Notes under the pieces: model-generated
What the model saw: only the letters and a program-made list of their open reading frames with translations
Told to the model about the DNA's origin: nothing
Databases searched by the model: none
Translations under genes and position numbers: made by a program
Part shown: piece after piece, positions 30,022 to 39,736 of the stretch
Layout of the letters: every line of letters starts with the position of its first letter
Position numbering within the stretch: the stretch's first letter is position 1
Origin: a virus
Length of the DNA stretch: 64,000 bases
Reading direction: 5' to 3' (one strand)
IMG/VR virus record: IMGVR_UViG_3300026484_000390
Coordinates: 4,491-68,490 of that record

Positions 30022-30231
30022 ATGAGTTGGAATTCAATGGAAAATCAAGAGAAGAGAGCAAAAGAGTGTGAAACAAGACTTATAGAAAAAATAGAACTTC
30101 TTAAAAAATCTCAAGAAAGCTATAATATATGGAATGGTTTTAGAACAGATAATGGGTACAAAGAGTCAATAGAACAGTTGGAAATACAACTTACAGATTT
30201 TCAAATAAAAAATGTTGATTTATTAATATAA
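30022..30231 (+). CDS. Small hypothetical protein ending VDLLI
   Basis: ORF in early run. Confidence 0.55.
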   Translation: MSWNSMENQEKRAKECETRLIEKIELLKKSQESYNIWNGFRTDNGYKESIEQLEIQLTDFQIKNVDLLI

Positions 30232-30424
30232 AGGAAATTAAATGGAAATTAAAAAAACAGAGAAAGAAATTCTAGAAACAGAATATAAAAAAAATAAACA
30301 AAGAGAACAAAATGCCAAATTGATGCCGAATCTTAAAACAGCACATAAACTGTACAAAATTCAAACTGAAAACGCTAAACGAAAATTAGAAAAATGCATT
30401 TCTGAAAATATAAAGGAAATTTGA

Positions 30425-30787
30425 ATGACAGCAGGTAAATATTTTACAACACCAATTGCAAGGTTTGCAACAAGACCAGGTGGAGGAGGATTAGACAAAT
30501 ATAAAGAAGGAACTCCAGAAAATGAAAAACTTCCTAATGAGACACCAGATTTAATTATGGGAACTCTTATGCAAAGTGGTGCTCATTTATTAAAAAGTGA
30601 TTGGATTTATGAAATGGTTATGAATGAAATGACTGGTGTTATCGAACTTAGAGAAGTCGGAAGAAGTGTAATAGGTAAAAAATGGTTTATGGAATATCAT
30701 ACAATTCCTTTATATCACGGAAACAGAGTTTGGTTAAGTAGAGATGAATTAAAAGATTTAGAAGAACAAGAAAGAGAGGAAGCATAA
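30425..30787 (+). CDS. Hypothetical protein
   Basis: AAGGA RBS. Confidence 0.65.
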   Translation: MTAGKYFTTPIARFATRPGGGGLDKYKEGTPENEKLPNETPDLIMGTLMQSGAHLLKSDWIYEMVMNEMTGVIELREVGRSVIGKKWFMEYHTIPLYHGNRVWLSRDELKDLEEQEREEA

Positions 30788-31158
30788 TGTCAGGTTATGA
30801 ATTATTACAACAAGGACTAAAAAATCTTGACAGAGAAGAAGCAAGGAAATATTATAATGCGTATAAACAATGGGGTATGGGTGAGCATAAGAGTCCAGTT
30901 GATGCCATTTTCGATTTAATTGAAAAATCAGAAGAAACAATTTATAAGATTAAAATAATTAGAAAAGACACTGATACTCAATATAAGAAAAAGATTTATG
31001 AAACCTTTAACAAATATATAAAATACGGGAAGGATTTTCATAAAAGGTTTCATAATATAAAACACTATAATAACTTAGAAACCTATGTTGAACACTATAA
31101 GATGATTACTGGCAAATGGATAAAGATAGATATACCAGAAGAATTTAGGGAGAATTAA
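30787..31158 (+). CDS. Hypothetical protein
   Basis: TAATG coupling. Confidence 0.6.
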   Translation: MSGYELLQQGLKNLDREEARKYYNAYKQWGMGEHKSPVDAIFDLIEKSEETIYKIKIIRKDTDTQYKKKIYETFNKYIKYGKDFHKRFHNIKHYNNLETYVEHYKMITGKWIKIDIPEEFREN

Positions 31159-31337
31159 AAAGTCAGATTACAAAATGCTTAAAGGGAAACTTGGACTAAC
31201 AGAACTATTAAAAGAAGAAATTGCTAAAGATTTTAGACAATTATTCAGACTTAGAAGAACTTCTTTATAAATAGGAAGTTTTAAGTCCCTTTTAAGAGTT
31301 TTTTTGTTATAATTATTTATATAAAAGGATATAAAAA

Positions 31338-32804
31338 ATGAATAAATATTTTAGAGATATAAAAGACCCCAGTATAAATGAGCTTATTTATTGGTTTATG
31401 GTTGAATACACAGAGTTAGTTGATGATATGCAAGAAAGTTATCATGCAGTAACAACAAATGAGCCTAATCCATATCATACAGGTGATAACTCAATTTGGA
31501 CGCACACTATGTTGGTTTGCCAAAGAGCAGAAATATTTGATGTTCAAAAAATAAATAAGATTTGTGCTTTATTGCATGATATCGGGAAACCAATGGCACG
31601 AGAAGTTATCCCTTTTGAGGCAAAAAAACCGATTCACTCAGATTTAAATGAGTTAAGAAAAGATTCTGGAATGAATAGGGTAATGCCAAAGTCAGGATTG
31701 AAGAGCCACTTTAGAGGCCACGAGGGACTTTCTTTTTATCTAGCTATTGAACCTTTAAATAGACTAAAAGATTTAGGCGTACTTACAAGAAAAGAAGTAG
31801 AACAATGTTTAATTATTATAAGCAAGCATGGTCAATTATTTAATTACATAACTGATGATGGTGAAATGAGAAAACCCGAAAAATTATTTTCTCATTTTAT
31901 AAGTGAGGAAAAGATAATAAATTACAAAACAGAAGTTCTTGAAAATTATACATTACTTAAAAGAGAAGTTGAAGAATATTTTAAAGACGAGATGTTTCTT
32001 TTTAATGCTTTAGTAACTCAAGTAAAATGTGACAGTCTTGGAAGATTCTTTTCATCCTCTGACGGTAGAAAAAACAAAGCTTTTAGATTAGGAACTGAAA
32101 TTTTTACTAATGCTCAATTTATTGAATATATTATTACTAAATTAAGAAAACCAAGAAAACGAGTTTTACAAAAAGCAGAATTAATGGTTTTAGTTGGTGT
32201 TCCAGGTTCAGGAAAAAGTTCATTTTTAGAAATATTAGCACAAGATGGAATTTTAGATGGATATGCAGTTTTATCAAGAGACAATGTTTTAATGGAATAT
32301 GCCAAAGCAAATGAAATTATAGGTAAAAAAATTAAATGTGATAACTGTAACTTAAATGAAGAAGTTATTGATTATGCTTTAGATGGTGTTAGAAAAGAAG
32401 ATATTAATCTTGGGAAATGTCAAGCTAAAGGTTGTAAAGATGGATACAAAATTGTTGAAAATTATTCGGATGTTTGGAAGCAGCTAACTGATGAAGATCA
32501 AAAAGAAATTGATAAAATTCTTGAAGGTACTTTTAAAGAAGCATTTGATAAAAAAGAAAATATGATTATAGATATGACGAATATGAGCAACAAAGGTCAA
32601 AGAAAATGGGTTAATAAATGTGGTAACAAATACAGAGCAAAAGCTATAGTATTTGCAACTGGATTTAAAGAGGTCAAAAGACGATTAGTTAAAAGACGAG
32701 ACGAAACAGGTAAATGGATTAATCCAACAGTAATTAACAATATGATGAAAGGTTTTGGGATGCCAGTTAGAACAAACTTTACAGAAGTGGAGTTTGTACA
32801 TTAA
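31338..32804 (+). CDS. HD-domain phosphohydrolase fused to polynucleotide kinase (HD-Pnk-like)
   Basis: YH..SIWTHT, LLHDIGKP, FRGHE, D..GR; LVGVPGSGKS, LSRD, IIDMTN; Cys-rich insert in the kinase. Confidence 0.85.
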   Translation: MNKYFRDIKDPSINELIYWFMVEYTELVDDMQESYHAVTTNEPNPYHTGDNSIWTHTMLVCQRAEIFDVQKINKICALLHDIGKPMAREVIPFEAKKPIHSDLNELRKDSGMNRVMPKSGLKSHFRGHEGLSFYLAIEPLNRLKDLGVLTRKEVEQCLIIISKHGQLFNYITDDGEMRKPEKLFSHFISEEKIINYKTEVLENYTLLKREVEEYFKDEMFLFNALVTQVKCDSLGRFFSSSDGRKNKAFRLGTEIFTNAQFIEYIITKLRKPRKRVLQKAELMVLVGVPGSGKSSFLEILAQDGILDGYAVLSRDNVLMEYAKANEIIGKKIKCDNCNLNEEVIDYALDGVRKEDINLGKCQAKGCKDGYKIVENYSDVWKQLTDEDQKEIDKILEGTFKEAFDKKENMIIDMTNMSNKGQRKWVNKCGNKYRAKAIVFATGFKEVKRRLVKRRDETGKWINPTVINNMMKGFGMPVRTNFTEVEFVH

Positions 32805-33055
32805 TGGGTAAAAAGAAATTCTATAGAGAATTAACTATTGATGGTAAAATTTATCAATATCATATAGGTGAACATTATATTAAAATTAAAAATTTTGGTT
32901 CTCAAATGTTCACTAAAAAAGATATTGGTTACGTTTGGAATGAAGGATGGAATCAAATTTGTGTAACACCTGGAATGATAGCAAATATGATAAAAGAAGT
33001 AAATAAATATCCTCAAAAATTTCCAAATTTGGGTAAAGTTTGGCCAGAAGTTTAG
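32804..33055 (+). CDS. Hypothetical protein
   Basis: TAATG coupling. Confidence 0.6.
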   Translation: MGKKKFYRELTIDGKIYQYHIGEHYIKIKNFGSQMFTKKDIGYVWNEGWNQICVTPGMIANMIKEVNKYPQKFPNLGKVWPEV

Positions 33056-33121
33056 TACTTAAAGTTATCTTAATGTTAATATGTTATAATTATATAAACA
33101 AACACATATTAGGATAACAAG

Positions 33122-33637
33122 ATGATAACAAGTACAGAAATTACACCAGAGTTTACAAGAGTTTTAAAAATATTTACACCAGACATAACAGAAGGTAGAT
33201 TAAATGAAAACCCATTTCAACCAGAATTAACCAGTTTAGATTTTGGTTTATATGAAGATGGTAGATTTAGATACACAGTGGAAAACGATAAAACCGTTTA
33301 TGAAAGATTGACAGCTAGTTTTGATGAGAATGAAAACAAAATTATTAAAACAGAGAAAATGATAATTGTTGATTTGCCTCTTTTAGCTTTATCTTTAGTT
33401 ATTGAAAAAGATACAGATTTAGAGGGTGCTTTGAAATTAATTAAATCATATGACCACTATACAGGTGCTATTGATGATGGTGCTCAGTACAGAGATGCAA
33501 ATAATAGCAATAAAAGAAAACTTAAAGATTTACTTGCAATGGGCGTTAAAGAAATTATTTGGAAAGATATTACATTAATGTTTAGTACTCCACAAGATTT
33601 AAGATTTAATCTTGTTAAAATAAATGAAGGAAAATAA
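33122..33637 (+). CDS. Hypothetical early protein
   Basis: Early promoter and AGGA RBS. Confidence 0.7.
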   Translation: MITSTEITPEFTRVLKIFTPDITEGRLNENPFQPELTSLDFGLYEDGRFRYTVENDKTVYERLTASFDENENKIIKTEKMIIVDLPLLALSLVIEKDTDLEGALKLIKSYDHYTGAIDDGAQYRDANNSNKRKLKDLLAMGVKEIIWKDITLMFSTPQDLRFNLVKINEGK

Positions 33638-33914
33638 CATGAAATTTACAACATTAGATAAAAATAATATAATGGCAGAAATAATTTTTAAGACTTTAAG
33701 ATTTTTTGCTTATGGTTCTACCAAACAAAAAGCAGGTAGTAAATGTATAAGCGAAATGCAAGAATACATTGACTCTATGCAAGAAAAACTAAATGAAAAT
33801 TTAGTTTAGTAGTATAAACAAAACAAAAGAAAAATAAATGCAAGCAGTAATAGGTACAATAGCAGGTTTATCAGGGATAATAGGAATAATTGATTCGATA
33901 ATTTCAATGAGATT

Positions 33915-34097
33915 TTGGGTAAAATAACATTAGTAGTAATGACAATTTTAAAATTATTAGGAGTTATAACAGTGGCTTGGTTTGCAGGACCATTTACAGT
34001 AGGTGCAGTTAGTACTGGATTATGGATGTTAGTTGGTGGTTTAATTATGTTAGGAACAAGTATAGTAGTAGCAGCAGTTGGTAATGCTTTAATATAA
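33915..34097 (+). CDS. Small two-TM membrane protein
   Basis: LKLLGVITVAW pattern and hydrophobicity. Confidence 0.5.
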   Translation: MGKITLVVMTILKLLGVITVAWFAGPFTVGAVSTGLWMLVGGLIMLGTSIVVAAVGNALI

Positions 34098-34117
34098 AAA
34101 ATTAAAAAGGGGAGAAT

Positions 34118-34507
34118 TTGTACATTTATGATATACAAATAGGTACAGAAAGAAATGAGTTAATTTCAGAAGAGGAATTAAGTAAAGTTAAATTAGTAGA
34201 ACAATTTATTACCGAAAAAGATTTGGATTCTTTTTACGAAAATCCCAAGGAATTTATTGATAAAAAATGTATTTTAAACACTCGAGAAGGTTGCAAAAGT
34301 CTATACTTAATATTAACAGACCAAAGTGGTTGGGACACTTATGACTCTGCAATTTATTGTGCATATACAGAGAAACAAGCAATTCAATTATCGGAGGAAA
34401 AAATGGGGGGTTCATATCAACGTTATACTAACACAGCAAAGATAATCGGAACTGCAGAAGATTTTGTACAAACCGGAGATGTTGTTTCATCTTTTAATGC
34501 CGGATAG
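34118..34507 (+). CDS. Hypothetical protein
   Basis: GGGGAG RBS; WDTYDSA...SSFNAG C-terminus. Confidence 0.65.
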   Translation: MYIYDIQIGTERNELISEEELSKVKLVEQFITEKDLDSFYENPKEFIDKKCILNTREGCKSLYLILTDQSGWDTYDSAIYCAYTEKQAIQLSEEKMGGSYQRYTNTAKIIGTAEDFVQTGDVVSSFNAG

Positions 34508-34509
34508 GT

Positions 34510-34620
34510 AATAGAATACGAACACTATAAAATTATACTTTATAGTAGATAAATGTACGATACAGGAAAATGAGATTTGTGTTTTGGGTAGTTTGTTATA
34601 GGGATTTCAATAGAAAATAT
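34510..34620 (+). pseudogene. Degenerate copy of the 35947-36120 gene
   Basis: aacactataaa...tatagtagataaatgta.gataca.gaaaa.gagatttg shared. Confidence 0.7.
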
Positions 34621-34689
34621 GTAGTATATTTAACACAGCATACAGATTCTTGGTATAATTTAACAACAGAATAGGAAATTAATACTTGG

Positions 34690-34978
34690 AAAAAGTAATA
34701 AAGGTATAATACTTAATTCAGACATCAATGGTTCCTTAAACATCTATAGAAAGTTTCTAAATAAAAATGTAGTCGGTGATGTTCTAAGAAAAACTTTAGA
34801 GCCAGTCAATATAGGGTTAGTTGATGAACCCAATAAAGATAAACTTAAAAATTTCTTTGTCTAAAAGTTGAGTACTAACCTTAGTACAATCTTTATAGAA
34901 GAAAATTTAATAGATTTTGCATCTTAATAGAATATATAAGGACTAAATATTCTTATATAATTTAGTGTTTTCTACATA
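34690..34978 (+). mobile_element. TnpB C-terminal remnant plus IS right end (copy 1)
   Basis: Reads KSNKGIILNSDINGSLNIYRK (TnpB RuvC-III NxDxNxxxNI); downstream hairpins; second copy at 22 kb. Confidence 0.75.
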
Positions 34979-35063
34979 ATATAAAAGATTATGGTTTAAG
35001 CTATTTGCAATCCTCTTAGTTATAAAAGTAGTATGACTGGGAATTGCATAAAACAGATAGAAA

Positions 35064-35071
35064 TATAAATA
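35064..35071 (+). promoter_or_regulatory. Late promoter TATAAATA
   Basis: Exact match 20 nt before ATG 35091. Confidence 0.7.
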
Positions 35072-35090
35072 CTTATAAAGAAGTAATACA

Positions 35091-35390
35091 ATGCAAAAGT
35101 TTAGTGAATACATTCAAGAGGGATTTTTAAATAAGATAAAAAATATTTTAAAAAATAAAACACCGGAAGAAAAAGAAATTGTATTTCTAGATTCAATTAA
35201 GAAGAATAAAAAAGGAAATTTTGTTTATTGGCTTTCTACTGAAGATTATAAAAAATATGTAGAAAATAAAGATTTTAAATTACAACATTCATATTCATCA
35301 GTAGGTAATTTGTTTGTTTCGAAATTTAATTACAAAGAAATATTTAAAAAAACTGGTTTAGTTGTAAAATCATTTGGTTTAAAGGAGTAA
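35091..35390 (+). CDS. Putative internal head protein
   Basis: MQKFSEYIQEG capsid-targeting-like leader. Confidence 0.65.
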   Translation: MQKFSEYIQEGFLNKIKNILKNKTPEEKEIVFLDSIKKNKKGNFVYWLSTEDYKKYVENKDFKLQHSYSSVGNLFVSKFNYKEIFKKTGLVVKSFGLKE

Positions 35391-35394
35391 TACA

Positions 35395-35937
35395 ATGCAA
35401 AAGTTTAGTGAATACATTCAAGAAGGATTTTTTAGTAGATTAAAAAATAAAATAAAAAACGCAGGTACAGATTTATATGAAGGAGCTCAATTTCTTAAAG
35501 GAGATGGTTTTCCGGAATATTTAATTAATATAACTAAAGTTGATAAAGCTGAAGATATTATTGAATACACTCAAGAAGATACTAAGGGAAAAATCACTAA
35601 AGAAACTTGTAAGTTTCAAGATTGGTTTGACTTTAATGATGTTTCTTGGTCTGATCCAGTTGATGAACCAAAAGGTTCAGGTGAAAAAGTTTGGAGAATG
35701 ATGATTGATAACAAAACTTCTAATATTGAAATTACTTTTGATAAAGGAACAAAATTAGAAGGTACTGGCGATAATGATTCTGATTTAAAACTTAAAAAAC
35801 CAAAAACATTTTTTATTAAAACTCAAAAAAGAAGAGACAATAATCACGATTGTTATGTTTACTCTTCAAAAGAATTTAAAAATGATGAAAAATATGATGT
35901 TTGGCCTTTTTCAATAACAGGTTATAAGAAAATTTAA
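35395..35937 (+). CDS. Putative internal head protein
   Basis: Identical MQKFSEYIQEGF leader with unrelated body. Confidence 0.65.
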   Translation: MQKFSEYIQEGFFSRLKNKIKNAGTDLYEGAQFLKGDGFPEYLINITKVDKAEDIIEYTQEDTKGKITKETCKFQDWFDFNDVSWSDPVDEPKGSGEKVWRMMIDNKTSNIEITFDKGTKLEGTGDNDSDLKLKKPKTFFIKTQKRRDNNHDCYVYSSKEFKNDEKYDVWPFSITGYKKI

Positions 35938-35946
35938 AGGATTAAA

Positions 35947-36120
35947 GTGATATATCAACACTATAAAAATCACAAATCATATATTATAGTAGATAAATGT
36001 ATGATACAAGAAAACGAGATTTGGGTTCTTGGTATTAGATATAAAGAATTTAATGGGGATATTTTCTTTGTTCGTTCAGAACAAGAATTCAATAAAAAAT
36101 TTAAAAGAAAGGTTATATAA
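35947..36120 (+). CDS. 57-aa DUF1653-like protein (absent from ORF track)
   Basis: GTG start after AAGGA; IYQHYKNHKSY...FFVRSEQEFNKKF; TAATG coupling to the phosphatase. Confidence 0.7.
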   Translation: MIYQHYKNHKSYIIVDKCMIQENEIWVLGIRYKEFNGDIFFVRSEQEFNKKFKRKVI

Positions 36121-36950
36121 TGAAATGGATAATCGGAGATGTACACGGATGTCTAAAAACATTACTAGCACTTATGGATAAAGTTGAAAGCCAAGATTCA
36201 GAAGCAGAGTTTATATTCTGTGGTGATTTTGTAGACCGTGGTCCAAGAAGTGCTGAAGTTGTAGATTTTATACTTAAAGGTGTAAAAGCAAAAGAATTTA
36301 AAGCAGTTAAGGGAAATCATGAAGGATTGATGTACAGTTATTTTCAGTCAAAATTTGAAAGTAATTGGACATCCAGAAATGGTGGCCCACAAACAATTCG
36401 TTCTTATAGAAATTATTATCCGGAAATGGATAACGAGGAACTAGAATTAAAAATGGAAGAAGATGCCGAATTTTTATACTCTCTTCCCCTATATTTAATT
36501 TTAGATGATGTTGATGATAGAAGAAGAAAATTACTTGTATCCCACGCACCTTGTCTGGATTTTATTGATGATTATTTAAGTTTATATGGGCTTAACGCTG
36601 CACCAGACGCTTCTGAAAAATATGAGGATAAGTTTGGGCTTCATGCTAGATGCCAAATAACAAAAATGGAAGAACTTTTTGATTGGAATAGACAACTGCC
36701 GGCTAATAAATCAGAAAAATATTTTAATATTACTGGACATAACATCACTGGACATTTACTTGAAAGAAATGGAAAAATTGAAGGATATGATTCAGAAACA
36801 GAAGTTATAATTAATATTGATAAAGGTTACGCTTGTATAGATACAGGTGCTTTTGTTAATTATGAATATAGTGAAACTTATGGTGGTAAAATGACAGCTA
36901 TTAGCTTTCCAAATAAAGAAATTATACAGCAAGAAAATATTGAGGTATAA
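36120..36950 (+). CDS. Ser/Thr protein phosphatase (PPP/NinI-like)
   Basis: IGDVHG, GDFVDRG, GNHE, SHA, TGH, IDTGA. Confidence 0.9.
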   Translation: MKWIIGDVHGCLKTLLALMDKVESQDSEAEFIFCGDFVDRGPRSAEVVDFILKGVKAKEFKAVKGNHEGLMYSYFQSKFESNWTSRNGGPQTIRSYRNYYPEMDNEELELKMEEDAEFLYSLPLYLILDDVDDRRRKLLVSHAPCLDFIDDYLSLYGLNAAPDASEKYEDKFGLHARCQITKMEELFDWNRQLPANKSEKYFNITGHNITGHLLERNGKIEGYDSETEVIINIDKGYACIDTGAFVNYEYSETYGGKMTAISFPNKEIIQQENIEV

Positions 36951-37085
36951 TATATAAAAACAAGGAGAAAAAAATTTAAAGATTTATTTCATCAGAGATA
37001 CTGCCTGCATTAGAAGGTAAGAATAGAGAATATACAGATATTACATATGAGTTGCCTTATAACACAAAATTGTCCGATATAAAAC

Positions 37086-37142
37086 AAAAAATATTTTAAT
37101 ATTACTGGACATAACATCACTGGCCATTTACTCGAAAGAAAT
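37086..37142 (+). repeat. About 56-bp direct repeat of phosphatase coding sequence 36715-36770
   Basis: aaaaatattttaatattactggacataacatcactgg.catttact.gaaagaaat. Confidence 0.85.
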
Positions 37143-37375
37143 AAGAATATTGAAGGATGTAAGATGACAAAAAGACATGAAAAAGAATTAGTTAAATTCC
37201 ATTATATAAAGAAAAAGATAGACAGTCTTATTGGATATAAGAGGTGTTCAAGATTTATAAAAAACCAAATTTATCGTTTATCAAATAAAGAACAATTAGT
37301 AAAAACAAGAAGATTTTCTTTATGGGAATCAATGCATTTTGATAGAGAATTATTTAAATTAGCAAGGAAATCAAG

Positions 37376-37639
37376 ATGCCAATAAAAGAAATAGAAGTAT
37401 TTTTCAAAATAGATACTTTAAATTTAGAAGAAGAACTACAAGATTTATATATATATCAAGATATTATAAAGGGAGTTTATGAAATATACTATAACAACGA
37501 AATTAAATTTCCAGTGAATTTGGAGAAAGCATTTTGGAAAAAGTACGGAAAAGTTAAGTGTTATTTTAGTATAATAAAGGACATAAAGGCCCAGTTTAAT
37601 CTTAAAGAAAATTTAATTAAACTTACATATTTTATATGA
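37376..37639 (+). CDS. Small hypothetical protein ending TYFI
   Basis: AAGGA RBS. Confidence 0.6.
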   Translation: MPIKEIEVFFKIDTLNLEEELQDLYIYQDIIKGVYEIYYNNEIKFPVNLEKAFWKKYGKVKCYFSIIKDIKAQFNLKENLIKLTYFI

Positions 37640-37808
37640 AGGCTAAAAAATGATAATAAATGTTTCCATAGAAGAATTTAAAAAACGATGGTACATAGCA
37701 GACTACGGTGAAGATACTTATACTGATGGAACAATCTATGGAATAATTATTTATGAAGATAATAATTATTTTGTAATAAAACTATCATCAAAACATTAAA
37801 GGAAAAAA

Positions 37809-38430
37809 ATGAAGAAAATAGAAGATCAACACAAGGAGACCGAGCACCTCGATAAAAAATGTTTACACATCAATATCTTTGGTGCTCCTTAATTCAGGCT
37901 CAGGAAAATCGACAATGAGAAGTAGGCTGTTTTATGAACTTAAGAAACAACAATTAAAAGTTGAAGAAGTAGTAGAATATGCAAAAGAATTAACATATGG
38001 AGAAGACAGCATAAAATTATCAGACCAAATACTATTGTTTGGAAAACAAAGACATCCTCACTTTGTTCTTGATAAAAAAGTAGATTATGTTATTACAGAT
38101 AGCCCCTTTATTATGGGGTTTACTTATGTTGATAGTGCTGTTGATTATAAAGATGAATTAAAGGCACTTATGCTTAAGGTTCATAATTCTTATAATACTT
38201 TAAATATTTTTATCAATAGAAATCATAAGTATCAAGAATATGGAAGAAGCCAAACAGCAGAACTATCGGATAAAAAAGCATTCGATATTAAAGCACTGTT
38301 AAATGAATGCGGCATCGAATATCATGAAATGAAATCAGGCGAAGAAACAATTAAACAAACCCTTAAGCTAATTAATAAACTGGAGAAAAAAGATAATGAA
38401 AAAAACTTTAATATTAATAAATGGTTATAA
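37809..38430 (+). CDS. NadR/AAA_28-like P-loop kinase, frame disrupted inside Walker A
   Basis: ATG 37809 reads ..HINIFGAP-stop; the +1 frame continues GSGKST...EYAKEL..ITDSP..GRSQ. Confidence 0.7.
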
Positions 38431-39001
38431 ACGGAGTGGTAAAGATTATACTGGTGAGTTAATTACTAACTTAATCGGAAGAAAGAAATGTAATATAGTT
38501 TCATTTGCCGAGCCCATTAAGAAAATTATAGCTTGTACTTTTGATATCTCTTTAAATGAATTGGAAAAATATAAGAATACAACCGAATCTTTTGGTATTG
38601 AAACTAAAGTTTATTCAAAATGCCAACCATCAGAGACTTTAGCATTTACAAATTTTAGAGCTATTTTACAGAAATTTGGTACTGAAGCTATGAAGCCTCA
38701 ATTTGGTAATAATGTTTGGGCTAAATTATGTATTAAAAAAGTTAGAAAGTCGAAGAAGAAAATAAATTTAATTACTGATTTTAGATTTTTAACAGAATTT
38801 GAAGAAGCCAAAAAATACTCTAATAAAGGAAAATATAAATTAATTACAATTAATGTCTTTAATAATGACATCGATAATACAGATATGCACGCTAGTGAAT
38901 CTGAATTAAAAGATAATAAATTTAAATTTGATTTTTATATAGATAATACTAGTCAACCTGATATTACTAAAAAAGTGGAAGAAATACTTAACTCTTTATA
39001 A
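38396..39001 (+). CDS. Deoxynucleoside monophosphate kinase (T4 gp1-like)
   Basis: NGYKRSGKD, SFAEPIK, RAILQKFGTE, ITDFRF..E, HASE. Confidence 0.88.
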   Translation: MKKTLILINGYKRSGKDYTGELITNLIGRKKCNIVSFAEPIKKIIACTFDISLNELEKYKNTTESFGIETKVYSKCQPSETLAFTNFRAILQKFGTEAMKPQFGNNVWAKLCIKKVRKSKKKINLITDFRFLTEFEEAKKYSNKGKYKLITINVFNNDIDNTDMHASESELKDNKFKFDFYIDNTSQPDITKKVEEILNSL

Positions 39002-39023
39002 ATATTAATAAACGGAGTTATAA

Positions 39024-39518
39024 ATGGCTACACTACTCAAGCAAGGTAAACAAATTGCTAATAGTAAAATATATGAAGATATTGATTTAGGTCAACAGAA
39101 TCAAAATAGGGACTATATTGCAAAAGATGCTACAACATTAGAGCAAGATTTAAATGTAATTAGATCTATCTTAACTGATATACACGGTGAAGAAAAATGG
39201 ACAGATGCTCCTAAAATTACTTTACAAGAGTTAGACGCTTTTGTACTAGCTCATAATAAAATGTTCCACCACGATAGAGATGAAAAAATAAAACTATTTT
39301 TTGATTACAATGAAATACTAACTGATATTAAAACTTACGGAGCTGAAAATTTACTACTGGTTCATACCTCTTTCGGATACTTAGAAGATGTGCTAAGTGT
39401 AATTGAAAAAATTACTTATACCACTGACGGTTCGAATATTTTCCAACATATTAAGAAAACTTTTGTTTATGATGACGGTAACAATTTAGAAAAAATTGTT
39501 AATGAAAAAATAGTATGA
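39024..39518 (+). CDS. Late protein, probably structural
   Basis: TATAAATA at 38997-39004. Confidence 0.6.
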   Translation: MATLLKQGKQIANSKIYEDIDLGQQNQNRDYIAKDATTLEQDLNVIRSILTDIHGEEKWTDAPKITLQELDAFVLAHNKMFHHDRDEKIKLFFDYNEILTDIKTYGAENLLLVHTSFGYLEDVLSVIEKITYTTDGSNIFQHIKKTFVYDDGNNLEKIVNEKIV

Positions 39519-39736
39519 TTATAGAAGATAAACCCACTTTTGATAAAGAGTTGAGAACATTTACAACTTCCAAAGAAATAGAAACTTCAGACGATATAGT
39601 TATTTCAGTTAATGGTATGTGGTCAATTTATGATAATGATATTACCCTATTGGATAATTTTACAATAGAAGTTTCTGAATTATGTAATATAGATTGGGAA
39701 GAAGATGAATTGGCAGTAATTTATACTGCCAAATAA
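39515..39736 (+). CDS. Small late beta-rich protein
   Basis: ISVNG motif; similar pattern to 40735-40971 and the N-terminus of 41017. Confidence 0.55.
   Translation: MIIEDKPTFDKELRTFTTSKEIETSDDIVISVNGMWSIYDNDITLLDNFTIEVSELCNIDWEEDELAVIYTAK

Noticed and set aside
37890-37904. TAATTCAGGCTCAGG resembles the 5' end of the T4 td intron
   Set aside because: Coding sequence resumes immediately and there is no intron core; treated as coincidence
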